Below are positions 28,701 to 39,700 of a stretch of DNA of 64,000 bases, piece by piece. The translations under genes were made by a program, and so were the position numbers. The stretch is from Daphnia carinata (lineage: Eukaryota). The DNA is taken from positions 6,634,001-6,698,000 of the forward strand of contig NC_081332.1 in NCBI RefSeq assembly GCF_022539665.2, given 5' to 3'. Numbering within the stretch: the first letter of the stretch is position 1; the number at the start of each line of letters is the position of its first letter. The notes beneath the pieces are model-generated. The model saw nothing but the letters and a program-made list of their open reading frames with translations. It was not told where the DNA came from and did not search any database.

Positions 28701-30817
28701 ATTATATTTAAATTTGTTGTTATTGAGATTTTGAAATTCTTTATAAAAAGCTAAAATGAGAAAGTAAGCATTGCTGTAGCTTGTATCCCGTTTAATCGCT
28801 TGACAACCCCGGTTGTAAGGTGTTGACTTTGAGCTTGTGCCAGTTGCTTTCCCTGTTACTTAACACTGCCCACCGTAGTGCCCCTCCGCTTTCACTCCAC
28901 CGTCTTCGTTCTCGGCTCCTATCTCGGTTTCTTTGATCATGTTGAGAGTATCTAAAACTTAAAAAAGGGCTACATTCTGATCGCTATGTCAAGGTCAAAG
29001 ATATCCTTAAGTTATCGTTTTCCTGTCAGTATACGCCCTAATAGTGCCCTGCAAAAAAATATTTGCACTTCATTCTATGTCGAAAACGTACTGCTCTTTG
29101 AACAATCTGACGTTTGGCACGTGTTCAATTATTCATTCAATGTGCTGCTTGTTTCCTTTGTTTACTAAATTTGGAATAACGTTAAAGATACGCTAGGTGG
29201 CTTGGAAATGGGCCAAAGCATGGCTGATGAAAACGAGCTTTCAGACACCTACGTTCAACGATTTGACCATTGCCACATTTAAAAACACATTCAGCCTTTG
29301 CTTTACTACTGAAAAAGCAGTACATAAATTAAAGAGTGTTAATTTACTTTGGTTTTTTTCTGCTGTTAACAGTATCAATTACACAATCGACATTTACAAA
29401 CTTGAATGGTTTCATGACGTTATTGGAGACAAACGTAACACATTTTTTAAATGCTTTGTTTTCCTTACCTAAAACATTTTTCACCAACATCCTATTCATC
29501 TTGACTACCATCAGGCTCGACGGTTTCATGCCCAAAACGGGGGGTCTGAACGGATGAATACGAATGTATTCCTACAGGGCTTATATATGTAAAATAACAC
29601 CTGAAAGTGGCTACAAAAGACTTCGATATGTTCACTAGACCACAATGCGTTTAATAACGAATTTTAGTAAAAAGAACAAAAAAAAAAAACAAAACAAACA
29701 AACAAACAAAACAACTTAGGTAACGGTGAAGTGCAATGTGTTATAACAATATAGACTGCTAAATTATAAGTGCTTACACGGCATAGGATTGTTTAGCAAT
29801 ACGGGAATCGATTCTCCCTATTACTCAAGTATCAAAAACGATTGGCTCATTAACTGGTCCAGTAAGTGATGCATTATAGCAATGGCAACAAATCAAGAAT
29901 CTTTAAAATATTAGGCCAGCGAATCCACCTTACATTACAAGGCATGGGTACCCTTCTGCTCGCACTACATTTTAGGCAAAAATATTTACGGTGAACTGAT
30001 AAACACAGTACGCAGCACACTGGAAGGCAACTGAGGAAATACCATTCCCCTTTAAACAAGAAATTAGGCTTGGGCAGCATGCTCGTTATAAAACGTTAAG
30101 GTGGCGCAAATAAAAATTCCTGTTATTTCGCTCATTCCCTATGACTATTGCTATTGCTCCCATCGTTACTTGAACGTTATCGCTCTAATCCATTGGTCAA
30201 CGGCAGTGCCTAGCCGAGCTATTTCCAGACGTGTTACTGACTACGCAACGTGCATTCGCATTGCCTCTCCAGAGGGGCGGAGTTACAGTCTTTTCTTTTA
30301 AATCAAGATGAAATGATTAGGCTGGCAGAGACAGTCAGCAAATTAAGCAAGCTCGTGTCTGAGCAGTACAAATCATATTATTTCCGGTCATATCATAGCT
30401 TCGTAGGATAGGCAGTTTATGAGTCATCTAGCGGACAGACAAAGAATTTTGAGATCCTGGGGTTTGTTTAGATAAAACATATTCTACAGTAACTGTCAGT
30501 GTATGTCTTGGTCGTGTTGATATAAGACTGGGACCGATTTGTAATCCTTTTGACTTTCGTACAAGTACGAAGTGTAGCCTTGAGTGTCTGTAGGTCCAAG
30601 TATATCACTTCCCTATTGACATAGGCAGTTTTTTGTTATCTCAACTTTGGGTTGAGACTTTAGATAGTCACTTTTTTTTCCGATTTATAAAGTGCAGTCT
30701 TAATCGGATGCTTAGCGGATGATTGTTGTCACCGCTGGTCTCTATAACCAATAAGTGACCTAAGAGAAGTGGATTTGTGCGTTTTTGAAAGAAAAGTTCT
30801 TTCACATCTCATAAAAA

Positions 30818-33545
30818 ATGGGCCAATGTGTAAGCCAAGAACCCACATTTCCCCATCGTCAGGCGATCTTGGCACCAACCTGCAAGGCTTCAGTGTCTGA
30901 TACCAGCCACGACAACCATTCTCATGCTGAATTTAGGTACAATATTTCCAGTACTTGCTTACATCATGCATTTTTTATGCTCTATTTATTGTTGCAGTGA
31001 TTCAACTGTGCAGGAAAATTCCAATGTGGATGACTTAATAAAGTTGGACACCACATCAGATTATTATGAGGGTGTAACAAGAAAGCACCCAGTAAGAAAA
31101 AGCATAGGGAAAGGTAGTATAGCAAGCTTTTTGCCCAAGGTTAAAGGATCTTCAATTCGCTCAAAGGCAGAAAAAGATAGTCACTTAAGCGCCGCCTTCA
31201 ACATGTCTTTCAACAAATTTGAAGTAATTTTTTTTAATAAGTCAAGTATATAAATGTAACAAAGGATTAAAGTTAATGAAAATTATTTATTTATTATTAT
31301 TATATATTTTTTTATAATTAAAAATTTTTGTTAAAGGTAGTCAGGCTTGATGTTAATGCAGCTACTGAAGAAGAATTAATGACACTGACCGGTATCACGA
31401 GGAATGTAGCGCACACAATAATTGAGCACAGAAATGTCATTGGGGCATTTAAAAAGGTGGAAGATCTGGCTCTGGTAACAGGAGTTGGTGCGGCCAAGTT
31501 ACAAACAATCAAGCCAGAAATCTGCATTGGCAAAAAAGTCCCAAGGTGGTATTTATTTACCCTCGTTCATGCATTTCAAATCGTGTAACTTCTATTTTGC
31601 GAGTTGTTCAGTTCGACAGCATCGATTACTACTGGAAATCCTTCAATAAATAGTCTGAACGGAAATGCAGAAACGATTTCAACCGCTTCGTCACCAAAAC
31701 CTGATCGACAACGACGTCGACGCCGAGACCCGGTTAACATCAACACCGCATCCATCTTCCAGCTCATGACAGTTGAGGGCGTAACACAAGAACTGGCGGC
31801 ACACCTAGTCCATTATCGGGAAAAAAAAGTAGGTTGCATCTAACAAGCCAGACGAAAGCTACGTCCGCCTAACCGGTTTAGTAGTTTTTTTTTCATCGTT
31901 TTTCCTTTAACGGTTGCGGCAGTGTTTGGATTTTCGGCGTCAGTTGTTTGTAAGGAAGAGTGCAATGCACTGCATCCGTATTCTTATTTTTTAAAAAGAC
32001 GAGTGCAAAGGAAAAGAGGCGCTGAAAACTGTCGAATGCATACATTTTTTAAACTTTTTATATCTTAATGTTTCGAATCATTTTTAAGGGACCATTTAAA
32101 ACGCTGTACGATTTGCGAAAAGTGACCGGTTTTAATACGCGGCTGATATCTGCTTTGGGGCCCTACTTAACATTAGAAAACAATCCTATTGATACTCCTG
32201 ATAGCCAGAAGATCCAGAATGGGCATTTACACAGTAAGTAATAAATTTTGTTCTCATTTGTTCAAGTTTGTTTGATTTATAATCGTTTCTAAGGCCACAG
32301 AAGAACTGCGTCGTTGCCATCTGGTCCCCTTCTAAACACAGGCGGATCAATCGGCCCGCCGAAATCACTCCTTTCCAATCCTTCACCAGTTTTTCCGTCT
32401 TTATCCCAATTCAGAAAAGTACTTGATGAAACACAAGGTGCCCTAGATCCCCAAGATGTCAACAGTGTTGCGCAACTGAGTAAGTGCTTTAAAGTGATTT
32501 GCTCTTCACGAGTTAAACGTTTTAAACCGTTAAGATGAAAAAAAAAAATTATGTTATATTTTTTCTTCGTCCTGTTGACCTAGATGGAGATGCCGTGGAA
32601 CCATACGAAAACGGCTTACGCATCTTGAGCTGGAATTTAGATGGCCTTAGTGTGGAAAAGGCCCGTAATCCAGGTGTTATAAACGTAGTAGGCAACTTAT
32701 TAATAAGGTATCACATCAAGGTAGCTGTTATTGAAGGTGTCGCAGATCCCCTTGGTCTTAAGGAGGTAAACTATGACGATTAGATACCATATTTGCTATA
32801 ATATACATATTCTCTGTTTATTTTCAGCTATGTGAAAACATAAACAAACTAGAAGAGTTGTCAACTGAACCTTTTTTGTGCACATTAACTGGCGGAAGCG
32901 TTGGCTATCTGCACCGTGTGGCCTTACAAGTTAATGACACACCAACGTGTACTCCTCTACCAATTCGTTTGGCTACAGTCGAGTACTTCAATCTCGTACT
33001 CGCCCTAGTCACCTGCTCGCTTGCGAACGTCGCAGATAATCAATCGACAACTGTGGTTCCCCAGTTAGTCAAGTCTGTAATGGATCTTACGCGTACCGAG
33101 CGCGTTCTTTTCATGGTGGATCTTCATCATACAAATCAGCTGCTTTGTAGATCCATAGAATTCAAAGGAATCGTTAAATGATCTCTGATGCTATTCTCTT
33201 TACATTTCAGACATAGAAGAGTTCCAAGATCTAGGCTATCGACCTTTAGTGACGAAAGGAGAGTCAACCTGTTATACACAGAAAACCGTAAATGCTACAA
33301 ATGAGATTTACAGTAATGTTCTAGTCAGCCGTTATTCTCAAAAAGGCCTTACTGGTAAATTCTGCTGCCGTAATTTCTGTAGAGGGTCTGCGTTACCTGT
33401 CATTTTCCTTTACCCAGGGTCGTTTGGAGTTATCCGAGAAGGCTTAAATCATATACTAATACCGAACGGATGGAGTTGGAATGGCCCTGTGTCGCTGTTT
33501 TGTCCTATTTGGGTCGAGTTCAAAGGAGGTGAGGAAGGCGACTAA
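30818..33545 (+). CDS. EEPD1: Endonuclease/exonuclease/phosphatase domain-containing protein 1-like. Exons 30818-30936, 30998-31223, 31337-31545, 31612-31828, 32089-32233, 32294-32479, 32584-32765, 32828-33146, 33211-33354, 33418-33545
   Basis: Frame-consistent GT-AG splicing. N-terminal MGQCVS (myristoylation-type); two ComEA-like helix-hairpin-helix repeats (LDVNAATEEELMTLTGI...GAFKKVEDLALVTGVG and VNINTASIFQLMTVEGV...GPFKTLYDLRKVTG); EEP-fold start LRILSWNL; C-terminal GVIREGLNHILIPNGWSWNGPVSLFCPIWVEF typical of EEPD1. Confidence 0.9.
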
Positions 33546-33959
33546 ATTCGTTGCGGATATTTTTTACATAACCGATGAAAGGAAGTTGGAGGCGTCCCAC
33601 TCAGTTATTTACCTAAGTTTTTTTTTTATTTATTTTTGAAATTTTAACTCGTCTGGATGGCGCTTGAGACATACTCGCCTAAACACCCCTCTTCCTATTT
33701 CTTAGCTCATTTTGGGAAAAAGTGCCTTCCCTAACCGGAGGGCGTATGCGTGCAATTTTTCTTCAGTACATTTTATATTTTTCATTTGACACAAGTGATT
33801 TAATTCGATGACACAAATTTCGAAGTAACCTGATACATCTGTTATTTTTCATGATACATTTGACTAACAGTATTGAAATTTAGAAATTATTTGATTTTGC
33901 TTTCGTGTTCAAGAAATTCGTCAAAATTCGACATGTAGCCGGTGCATATACACAGATAA

Positions 33960-34801
33960 TCAAAGACTAGTAGAAGCTGTTGCTTCCTTTTTTTTCTTCA
34001 TTTTGGTGGTCATGGCAAATTTTGGGCTTGCATTTGCTTGACTACTTTTGTTCATTTGCGATCTGAAACGAAAAAAGGTTTTAGGGAAAAATTAATGTGG
34101 CAATAATATATGTTCTACATAGCATATTTGATATTACATTTGAACCAGATTTGCAACTATTTCCCTGTAATTCTCAAGGTGGTTTGATAAAAATCCATCT
34201 GGTGAAAAGCGTGCTCTTTCATATAAGTCACAAAGTAAATGTATAGTTTTTGGCTGGCAGCCTTTTAATATTCCTGGAAGTTGAGCCATTAGAAATGGTC
34301 TGAGATTTTCATTGGGCATTCTGCATGCTTTAGGATCTGCGGTTTGAAGCTGGATTTCTACACATCCAAATGAATGGTCTGTTATTGGAAACTTAAATAA
34401 TACAACAAGATAATGTAACTTTTGCGGATACCTAAAATTTTTAGATCATCCATAGCTTGCATGCGACAGAGTGTTTCCAGATTATGGGTATCTGCAGAAC
34501 TAGCTTCAGAAACCAGCTTGGGTTCATGTTTAATTCTTCCAACTAGATCAAGTCTTCGTTCAATTTCTTTTCTCAGCCACTAAGTTTTAAAGGATAAAAT
34601 ATTTATTACTGAAACAAGCTTGTTAGAAATACATTTTACCCTGGGTGCAGAGTGCCCGATTGGAACATGTGGGCCTCTTCTCGACCGCAAAGCAAATCGC
34701 ATTATTTGACGCTTAGCGAAAATAAACAACAATACCAAAACAAGAGCTCCCAGAGCAATAAATATCACTATTGTAGCCCCTGAGAAATCAGCACTGATCA
34801 T
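33960..34801 (-). CDS. C1orf43: C1orf43/NICE-3 family single-pass membrane protein. Exons 34801-34640, 34579-34432, 34357-34138, 34062-33960
   Basis: Hydrophobic N-terminal helix followed by FIFAKRQIMRFALRSRRGPHVPIGHSAP, then LRKEIERRLDLVGRIKHEPKL, RMQAMDD and YERARF, all matching my recollection of the NICE-3 family. Splices keep the frame; the protein ends ...ASTSL*. Confidence 0.88.
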
Positions 34802-36022
34802 CTTGTTATTTCAACAACATTAAAATATTTTAAAACAAGTAGATTGCTGCTATTGTGTTGGCTTTAGTATGTTTGTTCGGTAAAGTTTAAAGCACAATTA
34901 TATTCTCTCACTCTTTAATGGTATGTTCAGAACTTGCGCGTGAAATCGTACACTGTTATGGAAATGTCAAACACACAGTTCGTTTGGGAGTTTCATCCGT
35001 TAGATGTCGTATATATGGCAACCCGTTTTACCATCCGCCCCCCCCCCCCCTTAAAAAAACTTGGCCTTTTTTTTAGCCATTTACCGCCAGACATGTAGTT
35101 CATAGACTAGTGCACACTTCACGCATCTATGCTATAGCCTATCTTTGATTTACAGTGAAATTATGGTTGATTAGTAATGTACCCACCCAAAACCTAATGT
35201 TTTTCTCGAACTGCCCCGCTCAATTTGCGGTTTTATGTTGTTATAGTAAAGTAATAAATTAACGTAAAAAATAGTGTAAATATCGCTTTCGTAAACTAGA
35301 ATAGTAGGGAAAACAATAAGCTTTCTAATATCCGCAGAGAAAGGCAAACAAAAAAAACCCCGAAAACGAGGGTTGCAGTGGCTGCCCTAACATTTAAAAA
35401 AATGCACTCTGTGGCTGAATTTCATTAATTATCTAAAAATATTTTTTAGTGTAGGAATGGCAGAAAAGGTACAAAAAATGCGTCGCTTCCTCTACCTAAA
35501 CACATTTTTTTTTTACTAAACATGCCCTGATCCAAATACTTAAGAAATATTTGGAAACTAAGGTTCTTCCTTACGAGCCCATGTCAAATTCATCACTTTG
35601 TGTTAAGTTCCTCCCATGGGGGTGGGGGAGTTACGCCGAGCATTGTTTCATTCCATAACTGTATCACGGCGCTACTCTCATACGGCAGCGGCAAGCAGCT
35701 GATCGTACTTATTGATAAATCCTTCGCCTCATCGATCTGTAGAGGAAAAAAAACTAAACGTGCAATAATTACATTCTGATTTAAACCTATTATTTTCTTC
35801 CAGGGATACATGTTTTCATTTTATCAAATAGACTATTTCTGGAGATCGCAGAATGCCTTCGCATGAAAACCTGCTAAACCAACTTATCCTAGACAAAATT
35901 AAGCTCATTCTAGGTCGATTTTTATTGTTGGTGGCTAATGTTCCGAGTTGAAAATTCAATGAAACGGAAGCAGTGAGCACGCTCCGCGAAACATCGTGTT
36001 TAAATTCGGTTAAGATCTTGTA

Positions 36023-37917
36023 TCAGCCGGACACAAGTGTACATTTAGCAGCTGCTTTGGCATTCACCATTCTTAGGATTGACTTAAGAGAACTTCCCGG
36101 CCCGCATTCATAAGTCATAGGATAATATTGATCGGGATTCCTTTCATAAAGAATATGCATTGTTTGTTCCCAACACACCGGTTTGATTATTTGTTGCGGA
36201 AGGAGCTTAAAAATGTGCTCCGCGTTCCGATAGCGCTTTCCATCAACGTTGGAATGAACTGCAATAATTGGTTGTTGAATTGGGATCTTCTTCAGAGCTT
36301 TGCTGAGAACATTGGCCACTGGCTCCATTAGATTCGTGTGGAAAGCTCCGCTAACTGGCAGCCGTTTCAACCGTCGCAATTCGTACCTGGCTGCGTTTTT
36401 TTCGATAAAATCCAGCGCCTGAGAAAAATCAATTAAAAATAAATGAAGAATCATTATGAAATAAAAGCAATAAAACATACGAATTCTGTTATGGCTGCTG
36501 TTTTCCTTAATTTTCTCGTTCAACTATCTTTTGACTGTGCATGGTCGAACAATAAACGACTTACGCAAAAAAAAAAAAGATTGTTTTACCTTGTGAGACA
36601 TATTTAAAAAAATATGAACTTTCCTCAATACAGGCAACAACAATCATCCAATACATAGTAAATGAGAGGACGCACGAGATATGTCGAATCACAGCCATAA
36701 CATTGAATATTTCGAAGATTAACTTTGAAAGGTAAATGTTACAATAAGCACCAAATACCTCTATATTTCCAGCAATGACTTTGCATTCAGGATACAAGTA
36801 GTTGGCGACTTTGCATTCAATATTTTCCAATCCTAACACTTCACAGTGTCTTCTTGCCTCTGCACAAGCAGTATTCACCTTTGAGTTGGGTCCAAAAAAC
36901 ACAGTCATCATGCCAGATTTTGTCATATCTGAGGCAAACTGCATTGCTTCTGCTCGTAATTTGACTAGTCTTACAGCTAAGGAAATGTTTCAGATTTACT
37001 CATATGCCTTTTAGATTGAACATTAAATATAATACCATTTTCAAATGTTATGGCCTTTGAAAAAACCAGGGCTGTTATTTCACCAATACTGAAACCAGCG
37101 GTAGCAATGCAAGAATTAATTGCTTCTGGATTTGTAGCTTTGAGTTTCTCAACACATGCAAGTGAAGAAACAAGCTAAAATGTGAACAATAAATATGTGA
37201 GATATAATATTGTGGTACCACAAATTTTAGGTAAGACCGGGAATAATAATAACTTACGATGGCTGGTTGGCAGAAAACTGTTTTGTTCAAAGTTTCTTTA
37301 GGGCCATCCAAACAGAGGGACAATAAATTATAGCCAAGTACTGAGCTAGCTAAGTCATACATTTGTTTGACAAGTGGGTACTGTAGTAACTCTTTCCCCA
37401 TGCCAACAAATTGTGTACCTTCAGAGGGTTGGAGTATGATTATTTGAAACACTTGGAACAGTTATAGGAAAATATTACCTTGACCAGGAAACAGTATAAT
37501 AGAAGTCTCTCTAGGATCACATCCAGGTCTCTTGGAATATTTGGCCTGGCTCTGTTTCCAGTTGCTGCCTTTAGGATATGGATCTGAATTCCAAACATCT
37601 TCCATTCTCTCTTTTGGCGCATTTGCTGGTGTTCCCTCCTTGAAAGAAGCTGCATTTTCTAATAGTTCTCTTGGGGATTCACGAATCATTTTAGGCGCAC
37701 ATTCAACAAGAGAAGGATACCGACCATTTGATTCGTTATTACGTTGTTTACTGTCATTCTTACTATTAGCAGGAGGCTGATCGGTTGGAAAATAACGTGA
37801 CCCTCTTGCATATAAACGTTTAGGTTTAAGAAATTCCAAATATTTTCTGCTACCGCCACACACTAGCCGTTGTGGTAATAAACCGAAGCTTACGGTGAGA
37901 GCCATTGCTTGGTGCAT
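36023..37917 (-). CDS. MCAT: Mitochondrial malonyl-CoA:ACP transacylase (FabD family). Exons 37917(or 37905)-37479, 37418-37258, 37174-37036, 36976-36759, 36418-36023
   Basis: ILFPGQGTQFVGMG; TVFCQPAI; catalytic G-F-S-I-G-E; RAEAMQ; VANYLYP; RLPVSGAFHT; YECGPG; basic N-terminal presequence. Frame-consistent splices. Confidence 0.93.
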
Positions 37918-38700
37918 AAATATTGGTTTGAATATCCTATTAAAGAACAATACGAATCTACCGGCAATTAAAAGCAAATCATCAATGAATGTGATTTGAT
38001 AATTTGGTTTGATTTTTTTTGGACTTGCGGTACTTCTGCTTGTAAGGCACTGTTGCCTGCTTGAATATTGGGAGTTGCGCTTTATGTAGCGATGGGCATC
38101 GGCCCCGCGTCAATCGTATAGTTTTCCTAAACGGAGTTTACTTGGCTAGCCAAACCGGTATGGTCGCACTACAACGTTGTGGTTTCTCCTGGCCCACTTT
38201 TTACATGTCTATGCTGCAGATACGACCACAACATCTTGCCATCTTGTCCTTCAGTCTTTCACTTCATTTCATTAAAATGTATCCTATTTTGGTAGAAAAA
38301 TGTCGGAAAGTGAGGCAGACTTAGGTGTTTTGACTCATAAAACTCCTTATACTTTAAGAACACCCACGATGAAAATCATGGGGGTTTGAAATCAATAGGT
38401 AGAATCTACTGCAACGAAATATTTCATTGCACTTAAAGCTGTTTAACCCTATCGTAAGAAAGATTAAGACCTCTACTAGTAAGAAACTATGTTAAAATTA
38501 ATTATTGCTTATTAAAATTAATATATTTTAATAATAATGTAACATATATAGTCGTGTTGCTGTGTTTATGGTAGTTAATGTCTGTATTAGTTTGTGCGCT
38601 ATGTTCGGTATGTTAGTGTCGGTTAGTTTGCATCTTGGTGAAGGTCAATTGTGAAGGTATATTCTAGTCCTTAATTAATAATATTTCGCCCAATTCTTTC

Positions 38701-39700
38701 ATGGAATCTATCCTAGTAGCACAATACCTACCCAATATCAAGGCGACTCTGTCTATTACTTCTCAGGCCAACCCTAATTCTCATGGGTTAATATTGGCCA
38801 CTGAAGCGACTTTTCTGTTACATATTTCAAGCTTAGTTACCCAAGATTTCACGTCACTTTCTGAGCCTTTAAATAGGGATGCTCAGGTAATGCATTTGTT
38901 GGATGTTACTAGAAAACCGCTAAGAACACGGAGGTAAAATTTACGTTAATAATTTCACGACCTTAACTAAACGCTAAAGATTCGGTATGGGCACCTGTAC
39001 CAACAGTTTTGAAACCTTCTTCAGCCCTAGTTACCCTGCAGTTTGCTTCGCTTTCTGAGCCTATAAATGGAAACGCTCAGTTAATCCAGTTGTCAAGTGT
39101 TTCTAGAAAAACACCGAAAAGCAAACAGGTAAAATTTAAATTAATATTTCAAAACGCGAATGCTTTAACTGAAATGGGACTGCATTTCTTTAAGGGACAA
39201 ACGGAAAGCTGCCTGTTGGCTCGCAGAGCCTTCATGAGTCAAATAGCATACAATCTAAACAAAATTCCGACGATTCAGTATCGGCCCAACACCAGCAGTA
39301 TTGAAATCTCTTCAACCATAGTCATCCAAGAGTTACCTTCACCTTTTAATCGTGTAATGTCGGCGGCAGGAAGCTCTTCTATTAAGCAGTTTACAGGTGC
39401 GGGAAAAATTGCTCCTAAGAATACGGACGGTAAGATTTTTATTAATGATTCGTGATATTAATGCAATATTTTTTTTCGTTGTATACGTTCTTGTATAGAC
39501 AATCAAGAGAGTACTTACGTCAACGCAAACAGAAAGTGTATCAGATAACCCATACTACAAAGCCGTACCAAAGGAAGTTTATCATTCTTCACGTTCAACC
39601 ACTGCCACCTTCCAACGAGAAAAATTTAAAAAAAATATGACGGGGCAGACGAAAGACAACAAAAGAGCGAAATGGAGAGAGGAGTAGACGGAATGAATCC
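38701..39700 (+). pseudogene. Unidentified multi-exon, S/T-rich gene or gene fragment at the start of each repeat unit (also at 45777, 52850, 59924)
   Basis: Open frames ending at donor-like GGTAAAAT (38934, 39128) and GGTAAG (~39430), acceptor-like TTAAG/TATAG, and an internal exon duplication. No family recognised. Confidence 0.35.

Noticed and set aside
29533..29559. QNGGSERMN resembling a Copia integrase motif
   Set aside because: Nine residues only, with no surrounding integrase ORF or LTRs.
14000..30800. Short ORFs across the gene-poor interval
   Set aside because: No recognisable domain or coherent exon chain. ORF 16442-16627 simply overlaps the tRNA.
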